DNA of 64,000 bases, from assembly GCA_963745035.1 (NCBI GenBank), contig CAVUVW010000005.1:128001-192000 (forward strand), in the 5' to 3' direction. The stretch comes from an uncultured delta proteobacterium (GTDB taxonomy: Bacteria; Desulfobacterota; Binatia; UBA9968). This document shows, in pieces, positions 9,691-19,306 of this stretch. The notes below the pieces were generated by a model that was given only the letters and a program-made list of their open reading frames with translations, was not told where the DNA came from and made no database searches. Every line of letters starts with the position of its first letter. Within the stretch, counting starts at the first letter, position 1. Made by a program: the position numbers and the translations under genes.

Positions 9691-9722
9691 AGGAAGCGGG
9701 CTTCTGCCCGCTTCCTCATTTG
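9691..9722 (+). terminator. Probable intrinsic terminator
   Basis: AGGAAGCGGGC-TTCT-GCCCGCTTCCT forms an 11-bp stem followed by a weak T tract. Confidence 0.45.
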
Positions 9723-9789
9723 CAATTCTTGACTGCCGGCGACCCCTCGCCTTATAAGCCAGATAGATTCTGTGCTTTGAGGAGGCGGA

Positions 9790-10965
9790 GTGATTATCGA
9801 TTGCGATACCCACCTGATGCCGGCCGATGCCTTCGACGCGGTCGGCGAACATCTTGCGGCCCTCAAACCGACGCTCAAGTTCGACGACCAAGCGCTTTAC
9901 GTTGACGTCGACTTCCCCGGCTATCGCGACGTGCCCGGCACGAGCCCTCTGCCGGCGCCGGGCTCCGGCGCGATGTTCCGAAGCCTTTGGAACATTGAAG
10001 ATCGGATGGGCGACTACGACCGCAGGCTCGGCATCGAGCAGCACGTCGTGTTGCCGCAATTTTCCGGCTGGTGGTCCTACCTGATCGAGGCCGAGCTCGC
10101 CTGCGCCATGGCGCGCTCACACAACCAGGCGTTGCTCGGCTTGATGCGGGAATTTCCTGGACGAATTCTCGGCTCAGCCCTGATACCGCTTCAAGATGTC
10201 GCGGCTTCGATCCTGGAGATGGAGTGGGCGAAAGAAAACGGTTTTTGTTCGGTCGTGCTGGACAAGGTATTTCCCGTCGCCGACCATCCGTACAGCGAAC
10301 CGCTCGGCAGCCGCCGCGAGCTCTGGCCGTTCTTCCGGCGCGCCGAAGAGCTCTCCATGCCGATTTATCTTCATAACGTGCAGCACGGCCATCGCATGAG
10401 CAATTTTCCGGTATTTCAACGCGACGGGTTATACGTCTTCGCGCCGCAGGAAGGGCAGATGAGTCTGGTATCGCTGTTCACCAGCGGGCTGCTCGATGCC
10501 TATCCGAAGCTACAGTTCGTTTTCACCGAGGCGGGCACGTCGTTTATCAAGCCATTGGTGGAGTGGCTCGATCGCATTCTGGAGCGGCCGCCGGTGGATT
10601 ACGACGATCAGGAGGCGCCGCTGTCGAACCGCACACTGACCAAAGTCGGCGAGCGGCTGCGGCGCGCCCGGGCGATTCAACCGGCGCAAATTTTTCTTGA
10701 AAAAAATCAAAACCCGGCGAGCCACTATTTCAAAAATAATTTCTACTTCACCATCGAAACCGAAGAACCCGAGCTGGCGGAGGCGGTCGAGTTCCTCGGC
10801 GCGGAACGGTTTTTGTTCGCCACCGACTACCCGCACGACGATCCCGGCGGCAAGATGAAGTTCGAAGACGTCCGGCTGCTCGGAGAAAATCCAAAAATTT
10901 CCGAGGACGCCAAGGAATTGATCCGCTGGCAGAACGCGCGGCGGTTATTCGGCTTGTCCAGCTAG
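9790..10965 (+). CDS. Amidohydrolase_2 family protein (ACMSD/decarboxylase-like)
   Basis: IDCDTH, PIYLH, FTEAG, LFATDYPHDD. Confidence 0.85.
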   Translation: MIIDCDTHLMPADAFDAVGEHLAALKPTLKFDDQALYVDVDFPGYRDVPGTSPLPAPGSGAMFRSLWNIEDRMGDYDRRLGIEQHVVLPQFSGWWSYLIEAELACAMARSHNQALLGLMREFPGRILGSALIPLQDVAASILEMEWAKENGFCSVVLDKVFPVADHPYSEPLGSRRELWPFFRRAEELSMPIYLHNVQHGHRMSNFPVFQRDGLYVFAPQEGQMSLVSLFTSGLLDAYPKLQFVFTEAGTSFIKPLVEWLDRILERPPVDYDDQEAPLSNRTLTKVGERLRRARAIQPAQIFLEKNQNPASHYFKNNFYFTIETEEPELAEAVEFLGAERFLFATDYPHDDPGGKMKFEDVRLLGENPKISEDAKELIRWQNARRLFGLSS

Positions 10966-10969
10966 TCCG

Positions 10970-11458
10970 ATGGCGATCCCCGCGCGCTACAACACGGGCT
11001 ACAACATCGGCGTCGGCGGCGCAGTGGTACGCGACGGGCGCTTGCTGCTCGTGCGCCGGGCCTCGCGTCACGGACGCGGCAACTGGCAGCTTCCCGGCGG
11101 CTTCATCGAGCCGAACGAGACTATCGAGCAAGCGGTGGTGCGCGAGGTGCTCGAAGAAGCCGGAGTGATCGCGGAGGTGGAAGCCGTGCTCGGTCTGCGC
11201 AGCCGCTACGATCCCGACAGCGGCAACGGCATTTATATCGTGCTGGTTTTAAGGCCGGTGAGCGGCGAGCCGGTAGCGGACAATCGCGAGGTCGATCAGG
11301 CGGGCTATTTTACCCTCGAAGAGATTCGCCGGCTGAGCCCGCTGCCGCCTGTCAATTGGGAGATCGCCCAACGAGTTCTGGCCGGTGACCGGCGCTTGCT
11401 CTGGCCCAAGCCACTCGCCAATCTCAACGGCGCCAAGTATACCCTGTTTGTCGGCTAG
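10970..11458 (+). CDS. NUDIX hydrolase
   Basis: Nudix box GGFIEPNETIEQAVVREVLEEAG. Confidence 0.9.
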   Translation: MAIPARYNTGYNIGVGGAVVRDGRLLLVRRASRHGRGNWQLPGGFIEPNETIEQAVVREVLEEAGVIAEVEAVLGLRSRYDPDSGNGIYIVLVLRPVSGEPVADNREVDQAGYFTLEEIRRLSPLPPVNWEIAQRVLAGDRRLLWPKPLANLNGAKYTLFVG

Positions 11459-11517
11459 AGTCGGGCGTCGAAGTCGTGGGGGCGCACATGGCGGCAGAAA
11501 GCGCGGCGCGCCGCCCG

Positions 11518-12657
11518 TCAACGTTCGGAAGGAAGAATAATCACTTTGATCAGCAGAGGATCGCGCGCGGATTTCGCCGCGAGTTCTCTTTCCGCGGCGG
11601 CAAGCCCTTTCTCGGAATCGATGCTGGCTTCGGCGGCCAATTCTTGGCGAAACTGCTCCAAGTGATGGGGCGCCACGATAAACCAGCGGATTCCCACAAT
11701 CGAGCTTGACGGCGCCGCCGGCGCCGGAACCGCTCGTTGTGCCGCCGCCGATGCGATCGCCGCGTCGGCTTCCGAGCGCTTGCGCAAGGTCTCGCCGCTT
11801 GAGTCTTCTCCCGCGTCGCGCCTCTCCAGTCCCCGGCGGCGCACGATAAATTCAAAATCCGGACTCGGCTCGCTGAGCGGCGACAACGCGCGTCGGGCGT
11901 CAAAGGGCGCGCCGCCAAACGGTTGCCAACTGAGCGCTCCCATACCCGCGCCGATGCCAAAAACATCCGCGCTTGGCGGGGGAGATTGCCTGGCGGTCGA
12001 AACTTCTTGGGTTTGGATCGGCCGCCGCCGTGGTGCGGCGACAACGGTTTCCGGGGGTCTCTCCGGTTGCGAGTCGGCAAGCGATGGAGATGCGGCCTTC
12101 GGCTCGGCTGTCGGCGCTGCGGATTTGGATTGCGTACGCACCGGCGCGGCCGGCGGTGAGGCGGTTTCGGAACGGCCGCGGGTGTCGCGCCTGGCGCGCA
12201 GATCACTGGCGGATTCGGGCGCGCTTTTTCCTGCGCCAGCAACGGCATTGGCGTTCGGCTCGGCTCGCATCGGCGTCGCCGGCGGAGTCGACTCGGTGAT
12301 GCCGGTGTCTCTCAGTCGCGGCTCCTTTTGATACATGAGTACGGCCAGGACTCCGACCAGCAGCACGGCGGTAGCTTGGATCGGCACCGTCGATCGAAGG
12401 ACAGCGAACAGCCGTTGCCAGAGTCGCGGTTCGAGCTCGATTTCCCGCGCATGGGCCACGACTCGCCGGGCAAAACCAGCGGGTGGTTCGAGCGACGGCA
12501 AATCGGCGACCAAGCCGATGCAATCGGACAATCCGCGGGCTTCCGCGCGGCAAAACGGACAGGACGCAAGGTGGCTTTCGATGCCTTTCATGCGCACCGC
12601 GTCCAAGGACTTTTCCAGATAGCCTGAGAGCTGCAACTCGACTTCCTGACAATTCAT
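11518..12657 (-). CDS. Zinc-finger (zf-HC2) transmembrane anti-sigma factor
   Basis: C...HLASCPFC ZAS motif, one TM helix, Pro/Ala-rich linker. Overlaps the sigma stop codon. Confidence 0.85.
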   Translation of the reverse strand: MNCQEVELQLSGYLEKSLDAVRMKGIESHLASCPFCRAEARGLSDCIGLVADLPSLEPPAGFARRVVAHAREIELEPRLWQRLFAVLRSTVPIQATAVLLVGVLAVLMYQKEPRLRDTGITESTPPATPMRAEPNANAVAGAGKSAPESASDLRARRDTRGRSETASPPAAPVRTQSKSAAPTAEPKAASPSLADSQPERPPETVVAAPRRRPIQTQEVSTARQSPPPSADVFGIGAGMGALSWQPFGGAPFDARRALSPLSEPSPDFEFIVRRRGLERRDAGEDSSGETLRKRSEADAAIASAAAQRAVPAPAAPSSSIVGIRWFIVAPHHLEQFRQELAAEASIDSEKGLAAAERELAAKSARDPLLIKVIILPSER

Positions 12658-13232
12658 ACAGCCTTCCTTCCCGCGCGAAAATACGCCGCAAGCCGCGCCT
12701 TGAGCGCCTGGCGCGCCCGATGCAGACGGGACTTTACCGTGCCGACGGGAATCTTCAGCACGCGCGCTACATCTTCATAAGAGACGTCTTGGAGGTCTCT
12801 CAACAGAATCACCGCGGCGTCTTCGGGCTCCAGCTCATTCAAGGCGCGCTGCACGCTTTCGCGCAGCTCCTTTTTCTCGAGGGATTCGGCCGGTCCGACC
12901 TGGCCGTCGTCGACCATGTCCGCGCCGTCGATCGGCACCAGCCGTTTCTGGCGCGCGCTCGTGCCTTTGCGACGGGTGGTGGCGTGGTTGAGCGCGATGC
13001 GGTAGAGCCAGGTGGAGAAATTTGCTTCGCCGCGAAACTGGCCGATGGCGCGGTAGGCCGACAGGAACACCTCCTGCGACGTTTCGGCGGCATCGTCGTA
13101 GTCGCCCAGCATGCGGTACACGAGATTGAAAATGGTTCTCTCGTGGCGCCGCACGAGCACTTCGAAAGCGCCCGTGTCGCCGCGCTGAAGCCGCCGGACG
13201 TAAACTGCGTCGCTGATAGATTCGGGCGCCAT
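12654..13232 (-). CDS. ECF RNA polymerase sigma factor (RpoE/SigW-like)
   Basis: Region 2 QEVFL...FSTWLYRIALN and region 4 SYEDVA...GTVKSRLHRAR. The start is placed at the ATG downstream of its promoter. Confidence 0.92.
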   Translation of the reverse strand: MAPESISDAVYVRRLQRGDTGAFEVLVRRHERTIFNLVYRMLGDYDDAAETSQEVFLSAYRAIGQFRGEANFSTWLYRIALNHATTRRKGTSARQKRLVPIDGADMVDDGQVGPAESLEKKELRESVQRALNELEPEDAAVILLRDLQDVSYEDVARVLKIPVGTVKSRLHRARQALKARLAAYFRAGRKAV

Positions 13233-13245
13233 CGACTCAGCAGGA

Positions 13246-13274
13246 TTAGACGGATCTCTCAAGAGAAAAGTTCC
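13246..13274 (-). promoter_or_regulatory. Autoregulatory ECF (sigmaE-type) promoter
   Basis: Minus strand GGAACTT-16 nt-GTCTAA directly upstream of the sigma gene. Confidence 0.7.
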
Positions 13275-13295
13275 CCAAAATCTGCCCCGGCGGCG

Positions 13296-14654
13296 CTAGG
13301 GAGCCTCGGCCAGTTCGGTTCCGATGGATTCCGGATCCGGCATAGGCCGCTGCGTACCGCCGAGTTGCTCCCGCAGCCGATTGAGCCGCCCTGCCAGAGT
13401 TTTTAGCCGGTTGATTTCCGGCGCGCCCAGCCTCTCTATCGCGAACGCAGTCTTATTATGCCGGAGCGGCTCATCCAAGTCGATCCAGCGGCGGCATTGC
13501 TCGCCGTCGGGAGTTCCGGGAATCGGGGAGAATTCCGAAAGCATGACCTTGATTCCCAGGCCGTGCGCGAAGAGCAGAGAATCCTCGACGGCCTGGTCGC
13601 CGCCGCTGGGGTGGCCGACGATGAGATAGGCATGAATCCGGCGCGCGTCTGCGCCCGCCCGCACGAGATTTTCCACCGCGCGCGCCACCTCATCGGAATA
13701 CACTTTGCCGCCGGTCTTTTTCTGCCAGACAAAAGCACTGCTCTCAAAGCCGAGATAGATGTTTTTGAATCCAGCGGCGATCAGTAGGCAAGCCAGCTCT
13801 TTATCGATAAATCGCGCGTTCATGGCGTTGGGCGTGTGAAACTGAATTCGCATATCGCGGCGCAAGATTTCGCGCAGAAACGGTCCGAGCATTTTTTCCG
13901 GCCGGTAGAGCAACGCATCGTCGTAAAAGGCGACGTGCTCGACGCCCAGGCGCGCGAGAAAGTTTAACTCGGCGAGCGAGCGCTCGAGTGGGCGAAGGTG
14001 AAACTTGGGGTAGATTTGGGGCACCGAGCAGTACGTGCAGCGGAACGGACAGCCGTCGGCAAGTTTCAACACGCCGGTGGCGAGCTGCGGATAGAGGTCC
14101 CACAGCGGAAGTTTTTTCTCATCAGGGCACAAGCGCAAAAACTTCCAGAGCGGCGCAAGATCAGAGCCCGCGACGACGAGATCGGCGCCGAGAGCGCGCG
14201 CGTGGTCCGGGCAGATCGTAGCGTAGACTCCGCCCAGGATGATTTTCGTTTCCGGAGCGAGCCGGCGCAGGGTTTCGATGACTTCGCTCAGCCCGAGATA
14301 CCAATAAGTCATGCCGGTTTGCACGAGCGCGTAGTCGAAGGGGCGCTGCGCGCGGAGAAAACTCTCCAGCTCGGCGCGCGGCAGTCCGAAGCGGTGAAAT
14401 TGTCGCGGGACGGCGGCGAGCGCAGAAGGTTTTTCGACCGGCACCGAATAGAACGAGCCGCGCCCCCACCGATCGCCGCGATACTTGGCGGGCGGCACGC
14501 GGCGATCGAGCCGATCGAGAAAATCGAATAAGGCGAAGTCGGCCTGACCGCGCAGGAATCCGGCGACGCGCAGCATGCCGTAAGGTTTCAACCAGAAATC
14601 ATAAGCGGAGAAATCGTAGATGGGCGGATTGAGGAGCAGGATGCGCGGTCTCAT
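13296..14654 (-). CDS. B12-binding-domain-type radical SAM protein
   Basis: CPFRCTYC motif, N-terminal LLLNPPIYDF...KPYG and IILGGVYAT, FYDDALL, LGFES. Confidence 0.85.
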   Translation of the reverse strand: MRPRILLLNPPIYDFSAYDFWLKPYGMLRVAGFLRGQADFALFDFLDRLDRRVPPAKYRGDRWGRGSFYSVPVEKPSALAAVPRQFHRFGLPRAELESFLRAQRPFDYALVQTGMTYWYLGLSEVIETLRRLAPETKIILGGVYATICPDHARALGADLVVAGSDLAPLWKFLRLCPDEKKLPLWDLYPQLATGVLKLADGCPFRCTYCSVPQIYPKFHLRPLERSLAELNFLARLGVEHVAFYDDALLYRPEKMLGPFLREILRRDMRIQFHTPNAMNARFIDKELACLLIAAGFKNIYLGFESSAFVWQKKTGGKVYSDEVARAVENLVRAGADARRIHAYLIVGHPSGGDQAVEDSLLFAHGLGIKVMLSEFSPIPGTPDGEQCRRWIDLDEPLRHNKTAFAIERLGAPEINRLKTLAGRLNRLREQLGGTQRPMPDPESIGTELAEAP

Positions 14655-14662
14655 TCCGACGC

Positions 14663-15595
14663 TCAGACGGCTTCCTTCCACAAATAGCTGAGCTCGGCGG
14701 CGACCACTCCGTCATACGGCGCGTCCGCCTTGAGCAAGCCAATGTCGCGCGCGAAGCGATTCATGCGCGCAACTTTTTCTTCCGAGATCGTCGGATCATA
14801 ATAGGGCAGATCGCGGCGCACCAGCTCAGCGATCAGTTCGGCTTCCGACGGCGGAAAGCGTTTTCTGCCGACCGCCGTGGCGCGGTTTGGGTCTTCCTTC
14901 AGCGACCGGTGCGCTTTCATCAGCGCGCGGATCGCCGCGCGCGCCGATGCGGGTTCCGCTTCGATACGCTTGTCGGTGGCGACCAGCGCGGAGAACGTGT
15001 AATCCCGGGCGGCCGCAGGCCCGTCGCCGCGGCGCACGTCGAGCACCATCGCTCCGACGCCGCGGCGCACGGCGACTTCGCAGCCCATGCCATTGGCCCA
15101 AAAACCGTCGAGCTTGCCTTCTTCCAGAGCCTTCGCCGCCGAGAGGCCGAAAGAAACGTTGGGGCCCGCCGCGCCGGGGATCGGCATGATCTGGACGTTG
15201 TTTTTTTCCGGATCGATGCCGGCCTCGACGAGCATGCGCTGCAAGCTCAGATTGACGCCCGGCGCAGCGCCGATGCGCAGCCCTTTGACGATGCTCAAGT
15301 CGCCGCGCTTGGGATTCAAATCGCTGCGAATCACCAAGAACCAGTAGGTGTGCTGGCCGCAGGCGGCGAGCAGCTTGGCGCCCTGCCATTCGGGAAAAGC
15401 GAGCAAGGTGGCGTGAGCCGAGCCGACGACGAAATCAAGCTCACCGTCGCGCAGCGCTTCGAACGTTTTCGGAATAGGAAACAACAAATCGACCGAGGCG
15501 TCGAAGCCTTCTTGCTTAAAAAATCCCAGCTCCACGGCGGCGATAATCGGAAAATAGGAATTTGAAACCAAGTCCGGCACGGCGATACGTAGCAT
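14663..15595 (-). CDS. SsuA/THI5-like (NitT/TauT) substrate-binding-fold protein lacking a signal peptide
   Basis: AVELGFFKQEG, GLRIGAAPG, LEEGKLDG. In-frame stops lie immediately upstream of the ATG, with SD GGGAG. Confidence 0.8.
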   Translation of the reverse strand: MLRIAVPDLVSNSYFPIIAAVELGFFKQEGFDASVDLLFPIPKTFEALRDGELDFVVGSAHATLLAFPEWQGAKLLAACGQHTYWFLVIRSDLNPKRGDLSIVKGLRIGAAPGVNLSLQRMLVEAGIDPEKNNVQIMPIPGAAGPNVSFGLSAAKALEEGKLDGFWANGMGCEVAVRRGVGAMVLDVRRGDGPAAARDYTFSALVATDKRIEAEPASARAAIRALMKAHRSLKEDPNRATAVGRKRFPPSEAELIAELVRRDLPYYDPTISEEKVARMNRFARDIGLLKADAPYDGVVAAELSYLWKEAV

Positions 15596-15630
15596 GGTTT
15601 ACTCCCGGCTTCAGTCTTACATGTCTTTGC

Positions 15631-15704
15631 TCGAACGATGGGAACGGCTGAACCGACGGGAACGGTTTCCATTGTTCAAAAGTTCCCGGCGTTCCAAAAA
15701 GTTG
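15631..15704. repeat. Inverted pair of degenerate 9-bp (GTTC-N5) arrays
   Basis: GAAC at 15633/15642/15650/15660, then GTTC at 15674/15682/15691. Confidence 0.55.
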
Positions 15705-15820
15705 GATCGACCATTAGGATATGGATACCGCCTCGAACTTGAGCTTGATATATTCGAAATGGGACTTTTGGTCCCGGCCGGTGTAGAGCCGGGTGATTTT
15801 CATCCTGTCCTCCCGAGAAA

Positions 15821-16243
15821 CTAAATCTTGTATTCCAATCCGGCGGCTTTGATGCCGGCAACCACCGCGGCTTCGTCTTCGTCCGCGCTGGCGCCGCTGG
15901 CGCCGGCGGCGCCGATGATCGCGTCGCCGTCCATGATCAGCACGCCGCCCGCCACCGGCACGACTTTGCCGCCGCTCATGTCGGAAAGCGAGCCGAGAAA
16001 TGCCGTCATTTCTTTCAACCGATTCCCGAGATGGCGGCTCGATTCGCCCATGCCGACGGCGCCCCAGGCCTTGCTCACCGCGATCGTCGGCCGCAAAATG
16101 CTGGCGCCGTCGTCGCGCTTGAGCGCTTTCACGTGTCCGCCGTCGTCGAGCACGGCGACGCAGAGCGGGCGGATCTTGGCGGCGCGCGCGTGAGCGAGCG
16201 CGTGATCGACGATAAGGGAGGCTTTGTCGATGGTCAGCTTCAT
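15821..16243 (-). CDS. GlcG/HbpS-family heme-binding protein
   Basis: VAVLDDGG, IAVSKAWGA, GGVLI...IIGAAGASG...DE. Confidence 0.88.
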   Translation of the reverse strand: MKLTIDKASLIVDHALAHARAAKIRPLCVAVLDDGGHVKALKRDDGASILRPTIAVSKAWGAVGMGESSRHLGNRLKEMTAFLGSLSDMSGGKVVPVAGGVLIMDGDAIIGAAGASGASADEDEAAVVAGIKAAGLEYKI

Positions 16244-16280
16244 GTTTCTTACCTCGAGCGGCAACGGGCGGCCGCGGCGA

Positions 16281-16931
16281 TCACAAAGAGATCTGCCGCT
16301 TGTCCATCGCCTGGCGCCATTTTTTCTCGGCGTCCGTGCCGAAGATCAGATCTTTGTCCGGCGCCACGAGCACCCAGGAATTCGCCTCGATCTCGCCTTC
16401 CAACTGTCCGGGCGCCCAGCCGGCGTAGCCGAGAGTCAGCAGAAACTGCCGCGGCCCTTTGCCCAATGCGATGGCCTCGATCAAGCGCGTGTTCGAGGTC
16501 ATCGCGATGCCGTTGGGGTTCTTGATCGTGCCTTCCAAAGTGACTTCGTCGCTGTGCAGCAGAAAACCCTGGCGCTCGCTTACCGGGCCGCCGTAGTGGA
16601 TGGTAATCTCACTCAGAGCCCCTTCGACGTCCGATCCGAATCCTTTCAGCAGATCATTGAGCGAGCCCCGCGCGATCGGCCGATTGATGACCAAGCCCAA
16701 GGTGCCGTGGGCGTCGTGCGTGACCATGTAGATGACCGCTCCGACGAAGCGCGGGTCTTTCATGGCTTCGGTGGCGACCAGGAGCTGGCCGGCGATCGGT
16801 TGCTTACGTTCCGCGGCTGCAGGCGGGCGGGACGGATACAGAAACCAGGCGAGCAGCGCGAGCACGGCGATCCAGGCGACGGATGTCGCGGCGCGAGCAC
16901 GGCGATCGATCGAGCTCATCACGCAAGCCAT
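16281..16931 (-). CDS. YqgE/AlgH family protein with N-terminal hydrophobic helix
   Basis: GQLLVA, DPRF, GLVINRP, GGPV, GYAGWAPGQLEGEI. Confidence 0.88.
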   Translation of the reverse strand: MACVMSSIDRRARAATSVAWIAVLALLAWFLYPSRPPAAAERKQPIAGQLLVATEAMKDPRFVGAVIYMVTHDAHGTLGLVINRPIARGSLNDLLKGFGSDVEGALSEITIHYGGPVSERQGFLLHSDEVTLEGTIKNPNGIAMTSNTRLIEAIALGKGPRQFLLTLGYAGWAPGQLEGEIEANSWVLVAPDKDLIFGTDAEKKWRQAMDKRQISL

Positions 16932-16938
16932 TGCTCGT

Positions 16939-17370
16939 TTATCCGCGCACACGCGGTCCGACGCTTTCGATCGCGATGCGAATGATGACGCGCTTTTCAC
17001 GCACCATCCTCTCATGAAACTCGGGCCAGCTCTTGTGCTCGCCGTAGGCTTGGCGGTGCAGATACACCAGGGTTTCCAACGCGTCGGGCAGAGAGATAAT
17101 CTCAGCGGCGCCGTTGATCTGCACCCAGCCTTCGCCGTGGAACGAGCTCGTGATCGCGCAGAGAGCGGCGCGCGGGTCGCGGCGAAGATTGTTTACTTTG
17201 TAGGCGGTCTCGCGGCTGCTGATGACCGCCCGGCCCGCGCTATCCAAGCCGACGGTGACGGGCGACATCTGCAGGCCGCCGTTTTTCCGGCGTGTAGTCA
17301 GAATTCCCCAATGGTGGGTTCTCAAGAATTCTTGGGCATGGTCGATTTCAACGGGAGCAAATTGCGCCAT
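16939..17370 (-). CDS. PPOX-class F420-dependent oxidoreductase
   Basis: LTTRRKNG..QMSPV, KVNNLRRDPRA, REKRVIIRI. Confidence 0.8.
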   Translation of the reverse strand: MAQFAPVEIDHAQEFLRTHHWGILTTRRKNGGLQMSPVTVGLDSAGRAVISSRETAYKVNNLRRDPRAALCAITSSFHGEGWVQINGAAEIISLPDALETLVYLHRQAYGEHKSWPEFHERMVREKRVIIRIAIESVGPRVRG

Positions 17371-17524
17371 TTCGTGTCACCTCAATTACGCTGCGAGCGC
17401 TTCGTCAAACTAGAATACCGCATGAGTGGAATGCAAGAGGTTGTGATCATCGCGCGAAGGATCGCGGTTATCTTGACCGGCCAGCGGCATTGCCCTATAA
17501 CGAAACCAGATCGAGGCGCGACCA

Positions 17525-18215
17525 ATGGCGATGACCGTTCCGCAAATGGACTCTTCCCGATGTGTTGGCGGTGTTTCCCTTGACCGGCGTGATGCTGCTG
17601 CCGGGCACGGTGCTGCCGCTGCATATCTTCGAGCCGCGTTATCGAGCGATGGTGGAAGACGCGCTCGAAGGTGGAAAAGTCTTCGGCATGATTCAGCCCT
17701 TCACGCCGCAGGACGACAATCGCGGCCCGCAACCCGGCGCGAATGTTAGTGCGCCGGATTTGTACAAAGTTGGCTGCGCCGGCTACATCGAAAAATGGGA
17801 GAAACTCCCGGATGGACGATTCTTTCTTCAGCTCAAGGGCGTCAATCGATTTCGCTTTAGCGAAGAGTTGGAACTCCAGCGCGGCTACCGGCGGGTGAAA
17901 GCGCTCTATCAAGATTTTCCCGATGCGGTTTTGCAGGAGAGCTGGCAGTGCGACCGCTCGGGCCTGTTGGAAGCTCTGGCAATCTACGGCAAGGCCAACG
18001 GCATGCAAGTCAAGCCGGAACAAGCGGAGAAATTCTCCGATCTCGAATTGATAAATTTACTCGCCGTATCGCTGCCGTTTCATCCGGCCGAAAAGCAGGC
18101 GCTGCTGGAAGCCGAAAAATTACAGGATCGAGAAAAGATACTGGTCGACTTGCTGCGCCTGGGAGCGGGGTCGATCGATGATGATTCCGAAACGCCGCCG
18201 CGCACGCTGAACTAG
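17525..18215 (+). CDS. LON peptidase substrate-binding domain protein, probable frameshift near 17552
   Basis: VFPL...LPLHIFEPRYRAM, GCAG, DGR, EKQALLEA. Confidence 0.88.
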
Positions 18216-18391
18216 CCGAGGCAAATTCTCGCGCTAACAAAACTCTATTAAATTTTTCTACCCGGTGCCGTGGCCAACCGGGTAAGGTTATCGCGGGGAC
18301 GCTCAGCTTGGTCTCTGAGTCAAGGGCGGATTAAAACCCGGGCCGTAAAAACGGCAGTCGCTTTCAGACAACCGGACTGCGTTACCGCTGC

Positions 18392-19183
18392 CTACCTCGA
18401 TGCCATTCTCCCACCTTCCACCGGCAGATCGGCGCCCGTGATGAATTCGGCCCACGCGGAGGCGAGAAAAAGCACCGGACCGACGTAGTCTTCGATTTCA
18501 CCGCTTCTTCCGAGCGGCGGCGTGGTAAGGGTTACACCGGCCGGGAGAGTTTGTGTGCTGTCATCCGCTTCGCCGCGGTATTGATTGACGCTCGTCAAGC
18601 GATTGGGTGTGAAGCCGGGGCTGACGGAGTTGACATTGATGCGATACTTGCCTAGCTCAACCGCCATCTGCCGCGTAAGACTGATGACGCCGCCTTTGGC
18701 GGCACTATAGGCCGACCCGCCAGGCAGTCCACGGTGGCCGGCGATGGAAGCGATGTTGACGATCTTGCCGCGGCCCGCCTTTTTTAGGACCGGCACGACA
18801 TGGCGCGAGCACATGTAGATGCCTTTGAGCCCGATGCCGAGAACAAAATCCCACTCCTTTGATTCGACTTCGGTAATTTCCTTGCCGGGATAGATTTGCA
18901 CGGCCGCAGCGTTGACCAAAATATCGATGGTGCCGAAGTGGCCCACGACGTCAGCGACCATCTTGGCGACTTGATCCTCTTGAGTGACGTCCACTCCAAC
19001 ACCGATTGCGGCAGCATTTTTTGCGCTTAGTTCAGCGGCCGCTTTGTCGGCTTTCTCGCGCACGAAGTCGCCGATGGCGACGCGCGCGCCCGAGTCGGCG
19101 AAGCCGTGGGCGAAAGCCGACCCCAGCACGCCGCCACCGCCGGTAATCAGCACGACTTTGCCGGTTAGTCCTAGTTCTCGCAT
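18392..19183 (-). CDS. SDR family oxidoreductase
   Basis: TGGGGVLG, NAA, YSAAKGG, VNSVSPG. Confidence 0.92.
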   Translation of the reverse strand: MRELGLTGKVVLITGGGGVLGSAFAHGFADSGARVAIGDFVREKADKAAAELSAKNAAAIGVGVDVTQEDQVAKMVADVVGHFGTIDILVNAAAVQIYPGKEITEVESKEWDFVLGIGLKGIYMCSRHVVPVLKKAGRGKIVNIASIAGHRGLPGGSAYSAAKGGVISLTRQMAVELGKYRINVNSVSPGFTPNRLTSVNQYRGEADDSTQTLPAGVTLTTPPLGRSGEIEDYVGPVLFLASAWAEFITGADLPVEGGRMASR

Positions 19184-19306
19184 GAATCGTTTTCCCTCGG
19201 CGTCGGTAGCTTTGCGACCTCGCTCAGATTGATGAATTCATCGAGCCGGGGTTTTCCGTCTCCGCGTGAGATCAATGGCCAAAATGAGACGAGGCGCGGC
19301 GCGCGG

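Noticed and set aside
18264-18290. GGTGCCGTGGCCAA..GGTAAGG resembling a tRNA 5' half
   Set aside because: No anticodon stem, no TTCGA arm and no matching acceptor 3' strand.
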